Source: Euglena gracilis (taxonomy: Eukaryota). From it: DNA of 64,000 nt. The stretch spans positions 46,975,847 through 47,039,846 of the forward strand of contig CP154954.1 of assembly GCA_039621445.1 (NCBI GenBank), written 5' to 3'. The position numbers were made by a program, and so were the translations under genes. Below, one piece after another: positions 23,217-35,600 of this stretch (within the stretch, counting starts at the first letter, position 1; each line of letters begins with the position of its first letter). Under the pieces are notes generated by a model. The model was not told the DNA's origin and searched no databases. It saw only the letters and a list, made by a program, of their open reading frames with translations.

Positions 23217-26168
23217 GTGGAGACATTGCAGCAGCTGCAGAAGCTGGAGGGGCGGCAGCAACACACCGATCCGTGGCCATTGCAACCCCCCCACCCCCCG
23301 CATCAGAGCTTTCAAAATCCCCCTCTCCTCAAGAGAATGGCCATGGAACCGGGACAACTGTGGTCAGGAAGAAAAGAAGACAGAAGGGGGACACCATCAC
23401 ACGTCCAACAGACTCCCCCCCTTTTTCTACATCATCCCCCTTCCAGGGGGCAAAGCAAGGGCTATGGCAGCCTTTCAACAAATATCAGAAAAGGACCTGG
23501 GGTCCAGAATCAAGGCCATGGCGGCCTGCATGCAAGAGGGCAATGGGCCCAGGGGCAAGGCTATGGCAGCCAGCATCCCAGCCTGGAAAGATCCCACTGG
23601 GGAGAGGTATGTCCAACTCTCCCCCCAGTAATTTCAAAAACAAACCCCCCAGGAACAGCAAGGCAATGCCAAATACAGGCCATGGTGGCCTATATGGGGA
23701 ATCCAGAAGGACAGAGAAGAGAAAGTCCTGGAAAGAAGGCCAATGGAGGCCAAGCAGGCCTGAGTTCCACTGGAAGCCAGATGGAGGCAAATGGACAGAG
23801 AAGTCCTGGAGAAAAGGCCAATGGGGGCCAAGCAGGCCTGAGTGCCACTGGAAGCCAGATGGAGGCAAATGGACAGAGAATTCCTGGAGGAAAGGCCAAT
23901 GGCCAAGCAGGCCTGAGTACCTCTGGAGGCCAAAGGGCCCTGAAGGCAAGTGGTGGCCAAAACCATCAAGACCACATCAGCCCTTGGGGGGGAGCACCAA
24001 GATTGGCTCAGGCAGGCCCCCCCCAGAAGATAATCAGCCCAGCTTTATATGTACCACCCCACCACAGACCTTCCCCCATCATTCCAAAACAAGGGGAAAG
24101 CCTGTCTTTGAGAAGCCCTATGGCAGGGCCATCTACAGCCCCAGTGATGGGGCACCCAGAGGGGGCCCCAGTGATGGGGCAGCCCAGGGGAAGGACCCCA
24201 GAGATTGGGCCTGTGGAACCCCCAGATACATTATACCCAGGGGTGCCCCCCTACAAGGCCCTGCAGGCCAGTATCCACCATTGGGTCAAGGCAGGAGCCA
24301 GCAGAGAGGTATTAAACCTGATAAGGGAAGGGGTTATGGCAGATCTCCCCCTCCCCCCTCAGATGTCATTAAACGTTCCCTTCAAGACACCCCAAGAAAT
24401 AATGACTGCCCAAAAAATTCTGAGGGAATACGAATGTGCAGGGGCAACCAGGCAAATCCCCCCAGAGGAGGCAAAACATTTTGTCCCTTATTTCATCATT
24501 TCCAAAAAAGAGGGGGAAAAGACAAAAGAAAGATTAATCTCAGATAGTCGACAGTTAAATCTCCACTTCACCCCCCAGAAGTTCAGACTGGAACACATGG
24601 GAAACATTTTCCCATATTTAAAAAAGGGTTGGTTCTGTGGAAAAATCGATCTGAAAGATGCTTATTTTCACCTAAAGCTGCACAGCAGCCTAGAAAAACA
24701 TGTTTGCATGCAAGTGGGGGGGGGGGAACGTGGCAGTTTCAGGCTGCATGCTTTGGCATCAGCAGCCTGCCACAAAAGTTTATGACTCTCATGAGAGTCT
24801 GGGAAAGGAAGTGGAGAAAGGAGGGAAAGGTGGTTTTCATCTACCTGGACGACATTTTGCTGTTAGCCCCCAGCAAAAAGACAGCAGCCCAACATTTGGC
24901 AGAGATAAAAAGAGACCTTTTGTTGGCAGGTTTCAGATTAAACCTCCCCAAATCCTGTCTGGAACCCACACAGGAAATAAAACATTTGGGCCAGTGGATC
25001 AATCTGAAAAAAGGCCAGTTAGAAATTCCTCAAGAAAAGCTGAAATCCCCCAGAAAGGAGCTAGGCAAGGTGCTCACAGCACAAAAAATGAGATGCAGAA
25101 AACTCAGTTCGATCGTGGGTCAAGTCAGAAGCTATTTAGTCTCAATGCCATTTCTCAGAATTCTGACAGATCAACTTTGCAAAATGGTGGACCTGCACAC
25201 AAAGTGGGGTTGGGACCACACCCTAACCATTCCCCAGGGGGTCAAGGATCAAATTGTGGAATTAAAGGCATTTTTGCAACCAGGGGTTGGCAGGGCATTT
25301 CAATCCCAGGCCACTCAGAATCTCTTTTCAGACAGCAGCACCTGGCAATGGGGGGGGGGGGCTGGACAAGGCTTCAGGCCAAAAGGTGCAGGATTTTTGG
25401 AGGGACCTGCATGTCTTTCATATCAATCAAAAAGAATTGCAAGCTGCAGTGGAAACTGTCAAAGCACTGGCCAAACCAAAACAAACAATTGTGCTTCATG
25501 TGGACAGCCAGGTGGCTGTGAGTTATTTAACAAAATGGGGAGGCAGAAAGCCATATTTAAATTCCATCTTAAGACCCCTGCTGTATCATTGCCAAGAAAA
25601 GCAAATCAACTTGCAGGTGGTTTGGGTTCCCACAAAGGAGCAATTGGCAGACTCCTTGACCAAAGAGCAAAAGCACCCAGGGGATTATACCCTAAACTTG
25701 AACATCTTTCACCAAATTCTTCAATTTTTCAGAAAAGACATATCCCCAGAGGTGGACATGTTTTGTACACCCAGCAACAGAAAATTCCCCAAGTTTGTTT
25801 GTCGATACCCCCACCAAGGGGCTTTGCTGGTGGATGCCTTGAGGGCAGATTTGAAGAGTCTCCCCCCAGTTTATGCCAATCCCCCCTGGAGCATCATTCC
25901 CCAGTGGGTTCAGAGATTGATGCTAAACCCAGACCTGAAATGTCTGTTGATCGTACCCCACTGGGCTTCAACATCGTGGTGGCGCCAATTAATGTCAATC
26001 AGGCAGCCAGGCAGCAAAGTTTTGTTGGTACCCCCCCAATGGGGTCTGTTCACCAACTGCTGGGGGGAAGAGATGCCCCCCCCAAGGTGGAATTTGGCCT
26101 GCTTGATTGTGTCAGGCAAATATTACAATCCCAGGAAGTTTCGATGTCCAGTATCGACACTTACATAA
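23217..26168 (+). pseudogene. DIRS-B RT - RNase H - adenine MTase, frameshifted at G-runs 24716-24726 and 25350-25361
   Basis: ERLISDSR and KIDLKDAYFH in frame 23217; YLDD (24842-24853) and FSDSS in frame 24629; HINQKEL, LADSL, VDMFC and YANPPW (25878-25889) in frame 25287. Confidence 0.9.
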
Positions 26169-26990
26169 AAAATCTGGGAAATGTCAAAAGATATGATTCA
26201 GCATTCAAGGCCTTGATGGGCCAGTTGTTATACAAAGGGGTGCCCCTGCAGGACTGCACAGTCCATAAGATGGCTGAAGCCATCCTTGATCTTGCTGTAG
26301 AGAGCCTCAACACTGCACGAAATGCATATGCAGCAGTTTTATTACTCCCAGGGTTTGGGTCTTTGAGATTTTCCCACTTTTGTCTCCATTGAAAAGGAAA
26401 TGTAATTCTAATGTCTGCAAGTATGCCCACTTCTGGGACCCCACTGATTTCTTAGAGGACATCATCAGGAAATACAAACCCCTCTCAGACCTGCCTGTGA
26501 AAGAGCTCAGAAACAGGCTCATCATCTGTTGGAGGCTGTTGGCCCTCCACAGGGGGGTTGATTTAGCCAGGACACAGCGAAAAATCAGTTTCGTGGGAGA
26601 AAAAATTTTCATTTTATTGCAAAGGAAAGGGTGGCAATTCCCAAGATGGGAGGAGATTTTAATTTTGCCACACACCCCCCTCATCAGCCCCTGGCATTTA
26701 TTGAAAGAGTATGTGGAAAGGACAGCCCACATGGTTGGACACAAAAATAATTTGTTGTGGTCTTTGGATGGTAAAAGACCTTTGACTCCAGAAAGGGTGA
26801 ATTCCCTGACCAAAGAAATTCTGCAGGAGGGGGGGGTGGACACCACCCACTGAAAACCCCACAGCACCAGAGGGGCTGGGGTTCTATGGTGGAAAAATGC
26901 GGGTTTGCAAGTGGAAGAAGCCCAGCAACTGGGTCAGTGGAAAAATTTTGGGGCCTTCCAAGCCCATTATTTGAGGCTGGGTGTCGTATC
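26090..26990 (+). pseudogene. DIRS-B tyrosine recombinase, frameshift ~26375 and TGA at 26851
   Basis: ARNAYAAVLLLPG, LHRGVDL, H*KPHSTRGAG, LGQW, AHYLRLG. Paralogous copies at 44-45 kb have TGG at the stop position. Confidence 0.9.
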
Positions 26991-27532
26991 AAAAATTCAA
27001 ACAATTATGGCCTAAAGGGGGGTGCACAGTACCTCACCATCTCGCAGTGCGGAGCCCGAATGGTCTCGGACTCCCACGACAGAGGAAGGGGGAGGAAGGG
27101 ACCAAGAGGGCGAAGCACAAGAAGATGGTGAGCCCAACCCTCCCACCCCAAAAATCAGCAGAAACGGAAAGATATCCAAACCAGAAAGGGGACCCCCGCC
27201 CAAGCAACCCCAACCACCCACCCAGGAAAACAGAAAAAGACCACCATCCCCATCGAGGGGGGGGCCCCCCACCAAGCGACCATGGGAGAGGGGGGGGGGG
27301 GCGGGGCCACGACGGTTCAGCTTCGCCAAGGTGTCGGACGCGGCCTCATCATCGCCAACTCCGGCAACAAAGGCGCAGTAAGAAGCACCCCCCGCACACG
27401 CACAAACACACCAGAACAGAACAGCCGGCAAGGAAAGCAGGACCTCACCATCTTCTTGTGCTTCGCCCTCTTGGTCCCTTCCTCCCCCTTCCTCTGTCGT
27501 GGGAGTCGGATAGCAGGGCACCAAGGCTCCAC

Positions 27533-29170
27533 GACACCTCGGGCTCCGCACTTTGTCATTTTGAGGCCATGCCTTGCTCGCCGGCGGTTTGCTGTCTGAT
27601 TGCTCGCTGCGCTGGGTTAGGAGGCCCCGCTCTGTGCCTTTTTCGCCGGAGCTGGCTGATTCCTAACTTGCCCTTCGACAGCCAGAAGAAAGGGCACAGT
27701 TCACGGACGAAGAAGAACCGAGAAAAGAAGTCAATATCAATTCAATATCCAGAAGGACACGAACCAGACGAATATCAATTGAGAACTCAATTCTCAATTT
27801 TCAATTTTGACTTCAATGAGCAATGCAGTGGAGAAGAAATTGGAATTGCATGGCCACGGACGTCCTGGAGCAGTGGCCGCAGAAGAAGGAGAACTTGGGC
27901 ATGCGGTCGACACGTGGCAAACGTGGCCGTTTTGCCCCCCAGACCCCAAAACTCTCCCACCCCAGTGACGCCCACGGTCCTTGGACCATTGTGGCCAGAA
28001 GGCCCAGAAGACAGAAGTCAGCCCCAGCCCTTGGACACCTCGGGCTCCGCACTTTGCCATTGTGAGGCCATGCCATGCTCGCCGGCGGTGTTGTGTGATT
28101 GTTCGTTGTGCTGGGTTAGGCGCCTCTCCTTAGTGCCTTTTTTCGCCGGAGTTGGCTGATTCTTAATCTTGCCCTGCGACCCGGAAGAAGACAGAAACTT
28201 TCAAAGAACAGAGTTGGAAGAGATCAAGACAATACAATATCAATATTCAGTCACAATGTCTTTGTGCTCCGCCCTCGGTGTCCCTTCCTCCATTGTCGGT
28301 TTTCCTCGCGGGAGTTGGAGTGGGCAAAGGATGGGCCATGGGGGCCCAAATTACTACACGTTTGTACAATCAAAGCCCACACATCAGTGGCATCTCCCCC
28401 AAAGGCGCACAGTCGGCTGTGCACAAATTGGCCAGAAGAGGGGGAGATGGAGTCAAGGCCAAGGAGGTCAACACCACAGGGGCATGGGGGCCAGTTTTTC
28501 AAGCAAATCCCCTCAGCAAGGGGCATAAAAGGTCTGTACAACCCCCCCAATTCATCTTGCACAACAGCCCCTCTCCAGGGGACAAGGGGGGGCCACAGCA
28601 GACCCCCCAGATTTCCAATGGGGCTGGAGGCCAAGAAGAACTCAAGGCCCAGAAGACCAACAGATGGATTATGGAAAAAAAATTATACATGGAGACCTTG
28701 GAGACCAGCAGGGTGGAACAACAGTGGCCACCAAGAAGCTAAAGAAGCTGCTGGTAAAATTCCCCGAGGGACCCACAGAGGCCCTCTGCCAAAAGTGGGG
28801 GGAAAAGGCACCCACAGTGGCCCTTTCAATGACCCAGCCCCAGGAGGAAAAGGGACCCACAGTGGCCCTTATGGAGGGAGGGGCAGGAACCCCTCCAACA
28901 AATATTTCTCAATTCCAAATTATTCAATCAAGGGGGGACCCACAGAGGCCCCCCTATGGTATGTCAACCAACCACATCAACATGGAGAAGACCAGATACG
29001 CCAAACAGGGGCACTAAGCCCTATGGTATGTCTTCCAACAACAAGATCCTCCAGAGAGGTGAGCAGAGAGGGAGAGAGTGCATGCACATCCCCCCAGAAA
29101 AAAATTCTTTTTCCAAGGGCCCAAGCCCTGGGTGACCTACTCCCTTTTCGGCTTGCCTCGAGGGAGTACG
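27533..29170 (+). mobile_element. Two tandem truncated DIRS 5' ends (27533, 28035) followed by degenerate DIRS-like ORF1 sequence
   Basis: GACACCTCGGGCTCCGCACTTTG twice, each followed by ~130 bp resembling the DIRS-B left end (tggctgattcct...gccct). A right-extension-like motif sits at 28261-28320. Confidence 0.6.
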
Positions 29171-29214
29171 AGCCCCTCCGCTGACTAATTCCAAAAAAAC
29201 TAGAGTAAACCGAT

Positions 29215-29700
29215 TAGAGTAAAGGAGTAAACCGACTCCTGCCCCTCTGGTGGAGTCAGCCCCCCACATACACCTGGGGGGCACCTCATTTTTGGCAAAA
29301 AAAAAGTTTTTGTCCAAGAAAACTGTATCTGCACTTATGGGCTTAAAGGAGTGCTTAAGTGAAATTAGAAGGGCTCCCCCAGGTCTGACGAGTGACCGTG
29401 TTCCTGAAACATATGGCATCATCAAGTGAAAGGGGCTGACCTTTGGATATAGAGCTATGGACACAAATCTCTGTCATTTGTGTAATTTTTGGCCTTTATG
29501 CCGGATTTTGATGTGGGGCGCCTTGCCCCACACACCAGTTGTACGTTTGATTCTCTCCAAATCTTAACTTTTTTATAAGCAGAGAATTCTTGAGCAAAAA
29601 TGAGCTGTGTCCACAATGTGCAAATATCAGTGTGAAAGGGGGCTTTGGCCAGCCCCAGGAGGATTGGTTGGGGATCTCAAAATGCACCATATTAAGTTTT
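29215..29700 (-). pseudogene. Degenerate tyrosine recombinase of a third DIRS lineage
   Basis: Minus-strand frames give GAF*DPQPILLGLAKAP, DLERIKRT, IKIRHKGQK, VSPFHLM, GGALLISL and WGADSTRGAG, colinear with the DIRS-A YR. Confidence 0.75.
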
Positions 29701-31656
29701 GGTTCCCAAGCCTCTTGTATGGTGCTAACATGGTGTGGAATTTCCGTCCACTCGCACTCCCCCGAGGCAGACCGAGAGGGGAGGAAGGGACACCGTGACC
29801 GTGGGCGAAACACAAACACCAAGTGAGGTCGGCACCTCACTTGAGGGAAGTGCGGAGCCCGAGGTGTCCAAACCCATGTGCGAGTTAGTCAGTGAAAGGC
29901 GGAGCATATTTACAACGGATCAATGGCTGCCTCAGTCTGCCATTGACTTTGGGTCTAAAGTCACAATGTTGTTCAAAAACGTGAGGAAATCAGACGATCG
30001 TGATCACTCACAATCTCATTCAGAACGTGTGACAATGTCTTTTGAAGCCCCCAAAAGGACACAGGAAGCTTCCCGCGACAAAAATGTACCACAACAGATG
30101 GATTGTATCTCTGCCACGTCAGCCAACGTGATAAACTGCACCAGTACTTCCGCCACAGGTCAATTAAGAACAGCCAACTCCGGCAAAATTGCAGCACCAA
30201 AGGTGCAAAGCCTAACCTTCCCAAAAACATTTACCTTCAAAAAGCCGGCAAAACAAGGCATGAGCTCACTTGGGGGCAGTTCGGAGCCCGAGGGTCAAAA
30301 TTATTTTGGCGGAGGCCGGGGCCCGCTGCGGCCAAACGATCGCAAAAAAAGATTCTATGAGGTTATTCGAGGAGGCTTGGCTTGTGTCAAGGTTCTCGTT
30401 CAAATCAGTTGAACCTTTCCCGCTCAACCGCGCCACATTGGCCTTTAAAGGGCTCCAAGAGACCCCAAAGAGCCGCCCAACTGGGGTAAAAAATACGGCG
30501 GGAGCCGCGCGAACCCCCCCCCTGTTGAAGTCAACTGTAGTCGGGGCCCCGGGGGCCAATGTATTTCGCTATTCTGCGATGAAGTGCGTCTTCAGTCGCT
30601 GGATCTGTTGCGGCTGCGTGGCCCCGGCCGGCGGCGTCCCAACAAGGCAGAATTTAATGACTTCAAAGTCGGACGTGGTTGGGCCGACCGGCCGTGACCC
30701 AACCAACGACCACAACCTCACCTTCCGTGAAAGACCACCCGGCAGAGGGGGACGGGACAGGAAGCACAAAAGCCACCCCACGTGGTGGGCAGGGCGAAAT
30801 TGGAGCTGCGAAAATTGTGGCACAAATCGCCGCGAAAGCAACGGCCTTGACCAACTGGAATACTCGGGCTCCCTCTTCGCGATTTTCTTTTGAAGATCCA
30901 GGCCACCCAACCTTACTTTTCAAGATGAACACCTCCAGGAGGAGAAAGGTGCAAGCCCTACAATTTTGTTTTTCTACATGCGGCACTCAACTCTTCTTCT
31001 GCAAGCCTTGGGGGGGTATACGGCGTGCCTGCGGCCATCCGTTCTGCTAGCCTCACCGATCCCGGAGAAAGGAGTGCCAGACCTGCCGCCTCATGTCGAT
31101 GCAGATGAGCCCTCCTTGGACCAAGCCCCAAAGTTGGCCCAAGGCCCCGCCTTCCCCGCCCGACTCCGCGCACCGCCAAAGCATCCTCACACTCGTTCCC
31201 AGGCAGCTCTCCAATCTAATGTGGCCAATTTTCTGTCAGCCTGAAGTTTGTGCGTTCACATTCCTTACTTGAGGGGTTTCAAATTTGTGTGCGAATGTGT
31301 GCATGCGTGTGTGAGCTTTTTTGTTTGCGTCGGAGATTCTTTTTTGAAAAGATTGGTGACGAGGAGGTGGGGGGTCCGCCCCCCTGAGGGGGTGGAGTGG
31401 GTGGCCCAAAGTTTCCTGTGTTTTTTTTCACCTTTGTTCCTCTATTTTATTTATTCTATTTATGTTTGTTTTGTTTTATTCTATTCTACTTCTACCCCCC
31501 TTTCCCCCCCTTCCCTTCCTTCCCTTCTTCCCCCCTTCTAAACCGACCTACCCTTCCAAACCGACCCATTTCAACTAAAAAAAGAAATAAACCGACCCTT
31601 GGCAAGTTTCGGACTCCCAAGACAGAGGAAGGGGGAGGAAGGGACCACGAGGGCGA

Positions 31657-32253
31657 TGTCGACTGTCGGGGGGCGTCCGACATTCAAAAATGGCAGGGCG
31701 GAAGCTTTTGAAAACACGGAATTTTTCATTCCGCGCAGAACGCGCGTTCTATAGGAAAAGCCTAATTTGAGGTTCCAATTCAGCACAATTTGCTTCCGCA
31801 GACTTGAGTGGGTTTCTTTGTTCCATACAATTGAGAATTGAAGTCCTCAAGAATTATTTCATTGAAGAATTGTCATTTTTGAGAATTTCAAGTTCAAAGG
31901 TCAGGTCCCACCTTTCCTCATTCACGGTGTGCCATTGTTGCTTTCTGACCACCAATTCAGTGAACAAAACACCACCCTTACGCATTCTCGATGTTTTGCA
32001 TGCCGGAAGAAAGGGGGAGTGAAATGGCCTCATGGGGATCAAAGTTTGGAGAAACATTTTCATTGGACCGGAATTTTGATTTTGTACAAGATTTCCACGA
32101 AAAAGCTAATTCGATCCTATGCACCCCCCTCTGGTCGGGGGGTACACCAGTGGGCGAAACGGGGGGTGGCCTGAGCCCTCCACCACCCGGAAAAACACTG
32201 GGCCCTGACCAGGGAACGGCAGCCCAAGGGGTGGGTGACGGGCAGGGATCAGC
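31657..32253 (+). repeat. 5' LTR (its last 45 bp lie inverted at 32349-32393)
   Basis: Colinear with 43075-43672. Confidence 0.92.
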
Positions 32254-32334
32254 AAGATTACTGCTGGTTGTGCCATTAAAATTGTCCATATTTTCTGGGC
32301 TGAAAATTTTTTTGTCAACAGGGTTGGCAAAAAC

Positions 32335-32348
32335 TCCTCTGCGTACCA
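32335..32348 (-). promoter_or_regulatory. Primer binding site TGGTACGCAGAGGA (tRNA-iMet-like), now inverted
   Basis: On the minus strand it directly follows the LTR terminus ...GTAGACA. It resembles TGGTAGCAGAGGA with one extra C. Confidence 0.75.
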
Positions 32349-32677
32349 TGTCTACCCCGGGCGCCCCCCCTGCGGGTGTCGGACCGAAAACCCTGCCCTA
32401 CCAACAGAATCTGTGGGTATTTTGGAAGCTTTGACCCTCAGCTAAACATAGTTAGCAGAGGCAGCTTCACCAGCTCTGTTGGTGAGGAATTTTCGAAATC
32501 GGCAAACCTGAATTCTTCTCAATCTGTGGAAATCAGCAATTTTCAATCACAGTCTGGTTCTGATACGTGTTCAGAAATTTCGAACGCAGACTTTTCAGGT
32601 GGGAACCCAGAAAAGGTGTTTGGAGTTAACATGATAACGGCCAGTCCCCATGAATCACAGGGGGGGATGAAAATCAG

Positions 32678-35600
32678 TTGGTGCAATGGACGGGTTCACC
32701 CCCCCAATATCAAAGCGACAGTGAAATTGACAGTGACAGGGGGTCGGGACTCAGCCAGTTTGAAGAAACAGAAAAACTTTTGGTGGCTGCAGGTTGGATA
32801 CCCCCCAGGTTTCAGATTTTCAGTCCAAATCAGCTTCCAAATTTTGGAGCCGAAATACCCCAGATTGAGGGGGTAACTCCAATTTTATTGTTGGAAGACA
32901 GGGGGCCAGCCAGCCACAATGAAATAACTGTCGATGGACAGACATTTTTTTCGGAATCGACCAGAATGTATTCTGAATCAAAATTTTCTGGGGTGCATTC
33001 TGCAAATCTGGGCTGTGGTGCATCATCATCGGGGGTGTTTAATCTGGCTGCATCAAAAACCCAGGTGGAGGAGGATGAAGAAATGGAACCCCAGCCACCT
33101 GATTTAGGAGTTCAGGTGGGTGGGGCTGACATTTCAGATTGGGACGCATGGGATAATTGGGCCCAGGGGGTGGACTGCCAATTAGCAGAACTGAACCGAA
33201 GTTTAACTCACTGGGAAAGTATTATACCCCCCCAGGTGGTTGTGGAAAATCGGCTGGACAATTTTGAGCGAGAATTGGGTGAAAAAAATTCTCGAGCACA
33301 GGCTGAACTTTTACAGTTTATTCAGCAAAATGTGGAACGGCGAAATACTGAAATTTGCAGCCAGTTTGAACAGCAAAAACAGAAAACTCAGGAGGAAATT
33401 CAGCAGTCAGTCAGCCATTTTATTTCACAGTGCCAGCAAGGGCGGAATGCGGCGGAAAATATTGCCAACTGCCACAAACAACTTTTGTCAATCGAAATTG
33501 AAAGACAGGTTGAAGGAAAATCCCAGATTTTTGAGAAATCTGTGAAGGACTTTTTGGATGGGCAGTTGAGCGAAATATTAAAAAGGGAAAAGGAAATTGA
33601 AGTCACATTTTCAGGTCTTTTTGACCAGGTTTGGAGTTGTTCTCGGGCTGTGGGAGAGAACAAATTGGAGTTGCAAAAAGAAATTTCTGCGCTTCAGAAT
33701 GCAAACCGTGAGCTGTGCTCTGGGGTGAATCGACGATTCACTGAAATTGCTGCTGGGCTGAAAACTGTTGGGGAGGAGTCTAAGACAAATTTTGGGACAC
33801 TAGTAAGTGATATGCAGCAGCGATTTCAGACAGTGAATCAGGAGAGCAAAGCTCTGGGGGACAGATTGACTGGGATCGAGAAATTTCTGGGCAGCCAGGA
33901 GGTGCCTTGGGAAAAAGTTGTTGAAATTATGGGGAAAACAGAAGAAACGATACAAACTCAGGTTCGGAGGGAAATGGCAGCTCAGGTCAGAAAAATGATG
34001 GAAATCATGATGACCCAAATGATGGAGGAAAAAACGAGACAAGTGCAAAAAGAAGAACATTTTGACAAGCTGCGAAATGACATGGAAAATTGTATGAAAC
34101 AGCAGTTTTGTGCGATTTTGGGCAAAATTCAAACAGATTTTTCAAAGGAAAAAAGCCATAGGGAGGTTGTCCAAAATCTGTGCAACAATTTTGAGGCACG
34201 GTTGAAGGCCATTGAAGGGAGGGTGCAACAAGTTTTGACTGAAACGGTTCAGCCCAAGGCATCTACGGTGACACAGCCCAAGCCAGTTTTTAAGGCTAAT
34301 TCTGGTTTTGTTGGAATTAAGGGAGTGAAGCCGGTTCAGCCAATTGAAATCTGGGATCTTAATCTGGGATTGGAAGGGGGCCCAGATTTAGGGGATGGAT
34401 CATTGATGGTGTGCCAGGTGAGTATCAATGCCATAGGGGAGGCATCTGAACGGTCACCAATGCTCACTGTTGCGTCTGCAGCTACACAACACATTTTGCG
34501 AAATGTTGTTGTCCCGAAATTTTCAGGTCATGCAGGTGATTGGCCAAACTTCAAGGATGAGTGGGGGAGATTCATCCGAAAATTCAATCAAGTTTCAGAA
34601 GCTGATAAATTGGGCCTCCTAGAACTTTGTTTGGATGATTTGGGGAAAAAACAGCTGAATTTGCATTTGTATGAACTGGGGGAGTCACTAACTTTTAATG
34701 AAGTGTGGGCCAAGTTGGATGCCTGGCATTCGAGAAATGAAGAGTTTGGGGCCCGAAAAAACTTTCGGGATCTCACATTATGCCATCAAGGGAGGGTTAC
34801 AAGCCGTGATTGGGAAAATTTCAAGGTTGACTTCAAGTTGTGTCGACAGAAAATTAAGGATGCCAGTGAGGGGGATGTGAAAAGATTACTCATCGAAAAA
34901 ATGCCTCCTTTTATTGTGCATTGGATCACCGACGAGGAAGAACGGATCAAAACCAGCCAGCCAACCGTTCGAATGAACTATCCACAACCAACCTCCACAG
35001 CCATTATGGAAAATTTTGTGATGATTTTCGCTGGGAAGAAACCCACAAGAGTCACAAAATTGAGTGAGACGGAATTCGAAATGGTGTTGCCTGATGTGCA
35101 AAGTTGTGAAACACTCAAGAGTTACAATGGGAAAGAATTTAATGATTCCAATGTTTTGGTTCGGGTTCGAGAAAATGAACCAAATTTGACTGTTGAAGAC
35201 ATTTTCCGTCTCGTGACTTCAAAATTGGCACTCAGAGATCGGCAAGACTTAATGCTAAACCCCACCCACAGCCAAACCTCATATAGACGTTCTCGATCGG
35301 TGGGGGCGGAGAGAAAAGGGGGGAAATCCAACATTCGGGAGGGTTCACCTTCAAAGAAACGTTCTTTTTCTGGAAAGCAGGTGACATCTCCGACACCTTC
35401 AACACCCAAGTCCACAGGTTCGGCCTTGCCCAATGCTTCGAATGGTCCTGTTCCCATTTCCACTGAAAGTCAGACCCAAAATCTTACACAAAATGCAGAA
35501 ATTCCAAAATCTGTGCCAAATACCAATGGTGGAGTTTGGGTTCAAGCACCACCAAGATCGTCTCCGTGGCCAACTTGGCAACCCCAAAATCAAAACCAAA

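Larger units (their letters stand above)
22823..27510 (+). mobile_element. DIRS1-like retrotransposon (DIRS-B), full length but frameshifted
   Basis: Left end 22823-22857 is complementary to ICR 27031-27065. Right ITR ~27375-27453 is the inverse of ~22846-22924. Right extension 27444-27507 is complementary to ICR ~27069-27132. RT/RH/MT/YR motifs present. Confidence 0.92.

Noticed and set aside
26981-28159. 392-aa ORF and similar 260-325-aa ORFs at 43410-45997
   Set aside because: They read through GC-rich ITR/ICR/LTR junctions and have no domain-like content apart from the YR fragments already annotated.
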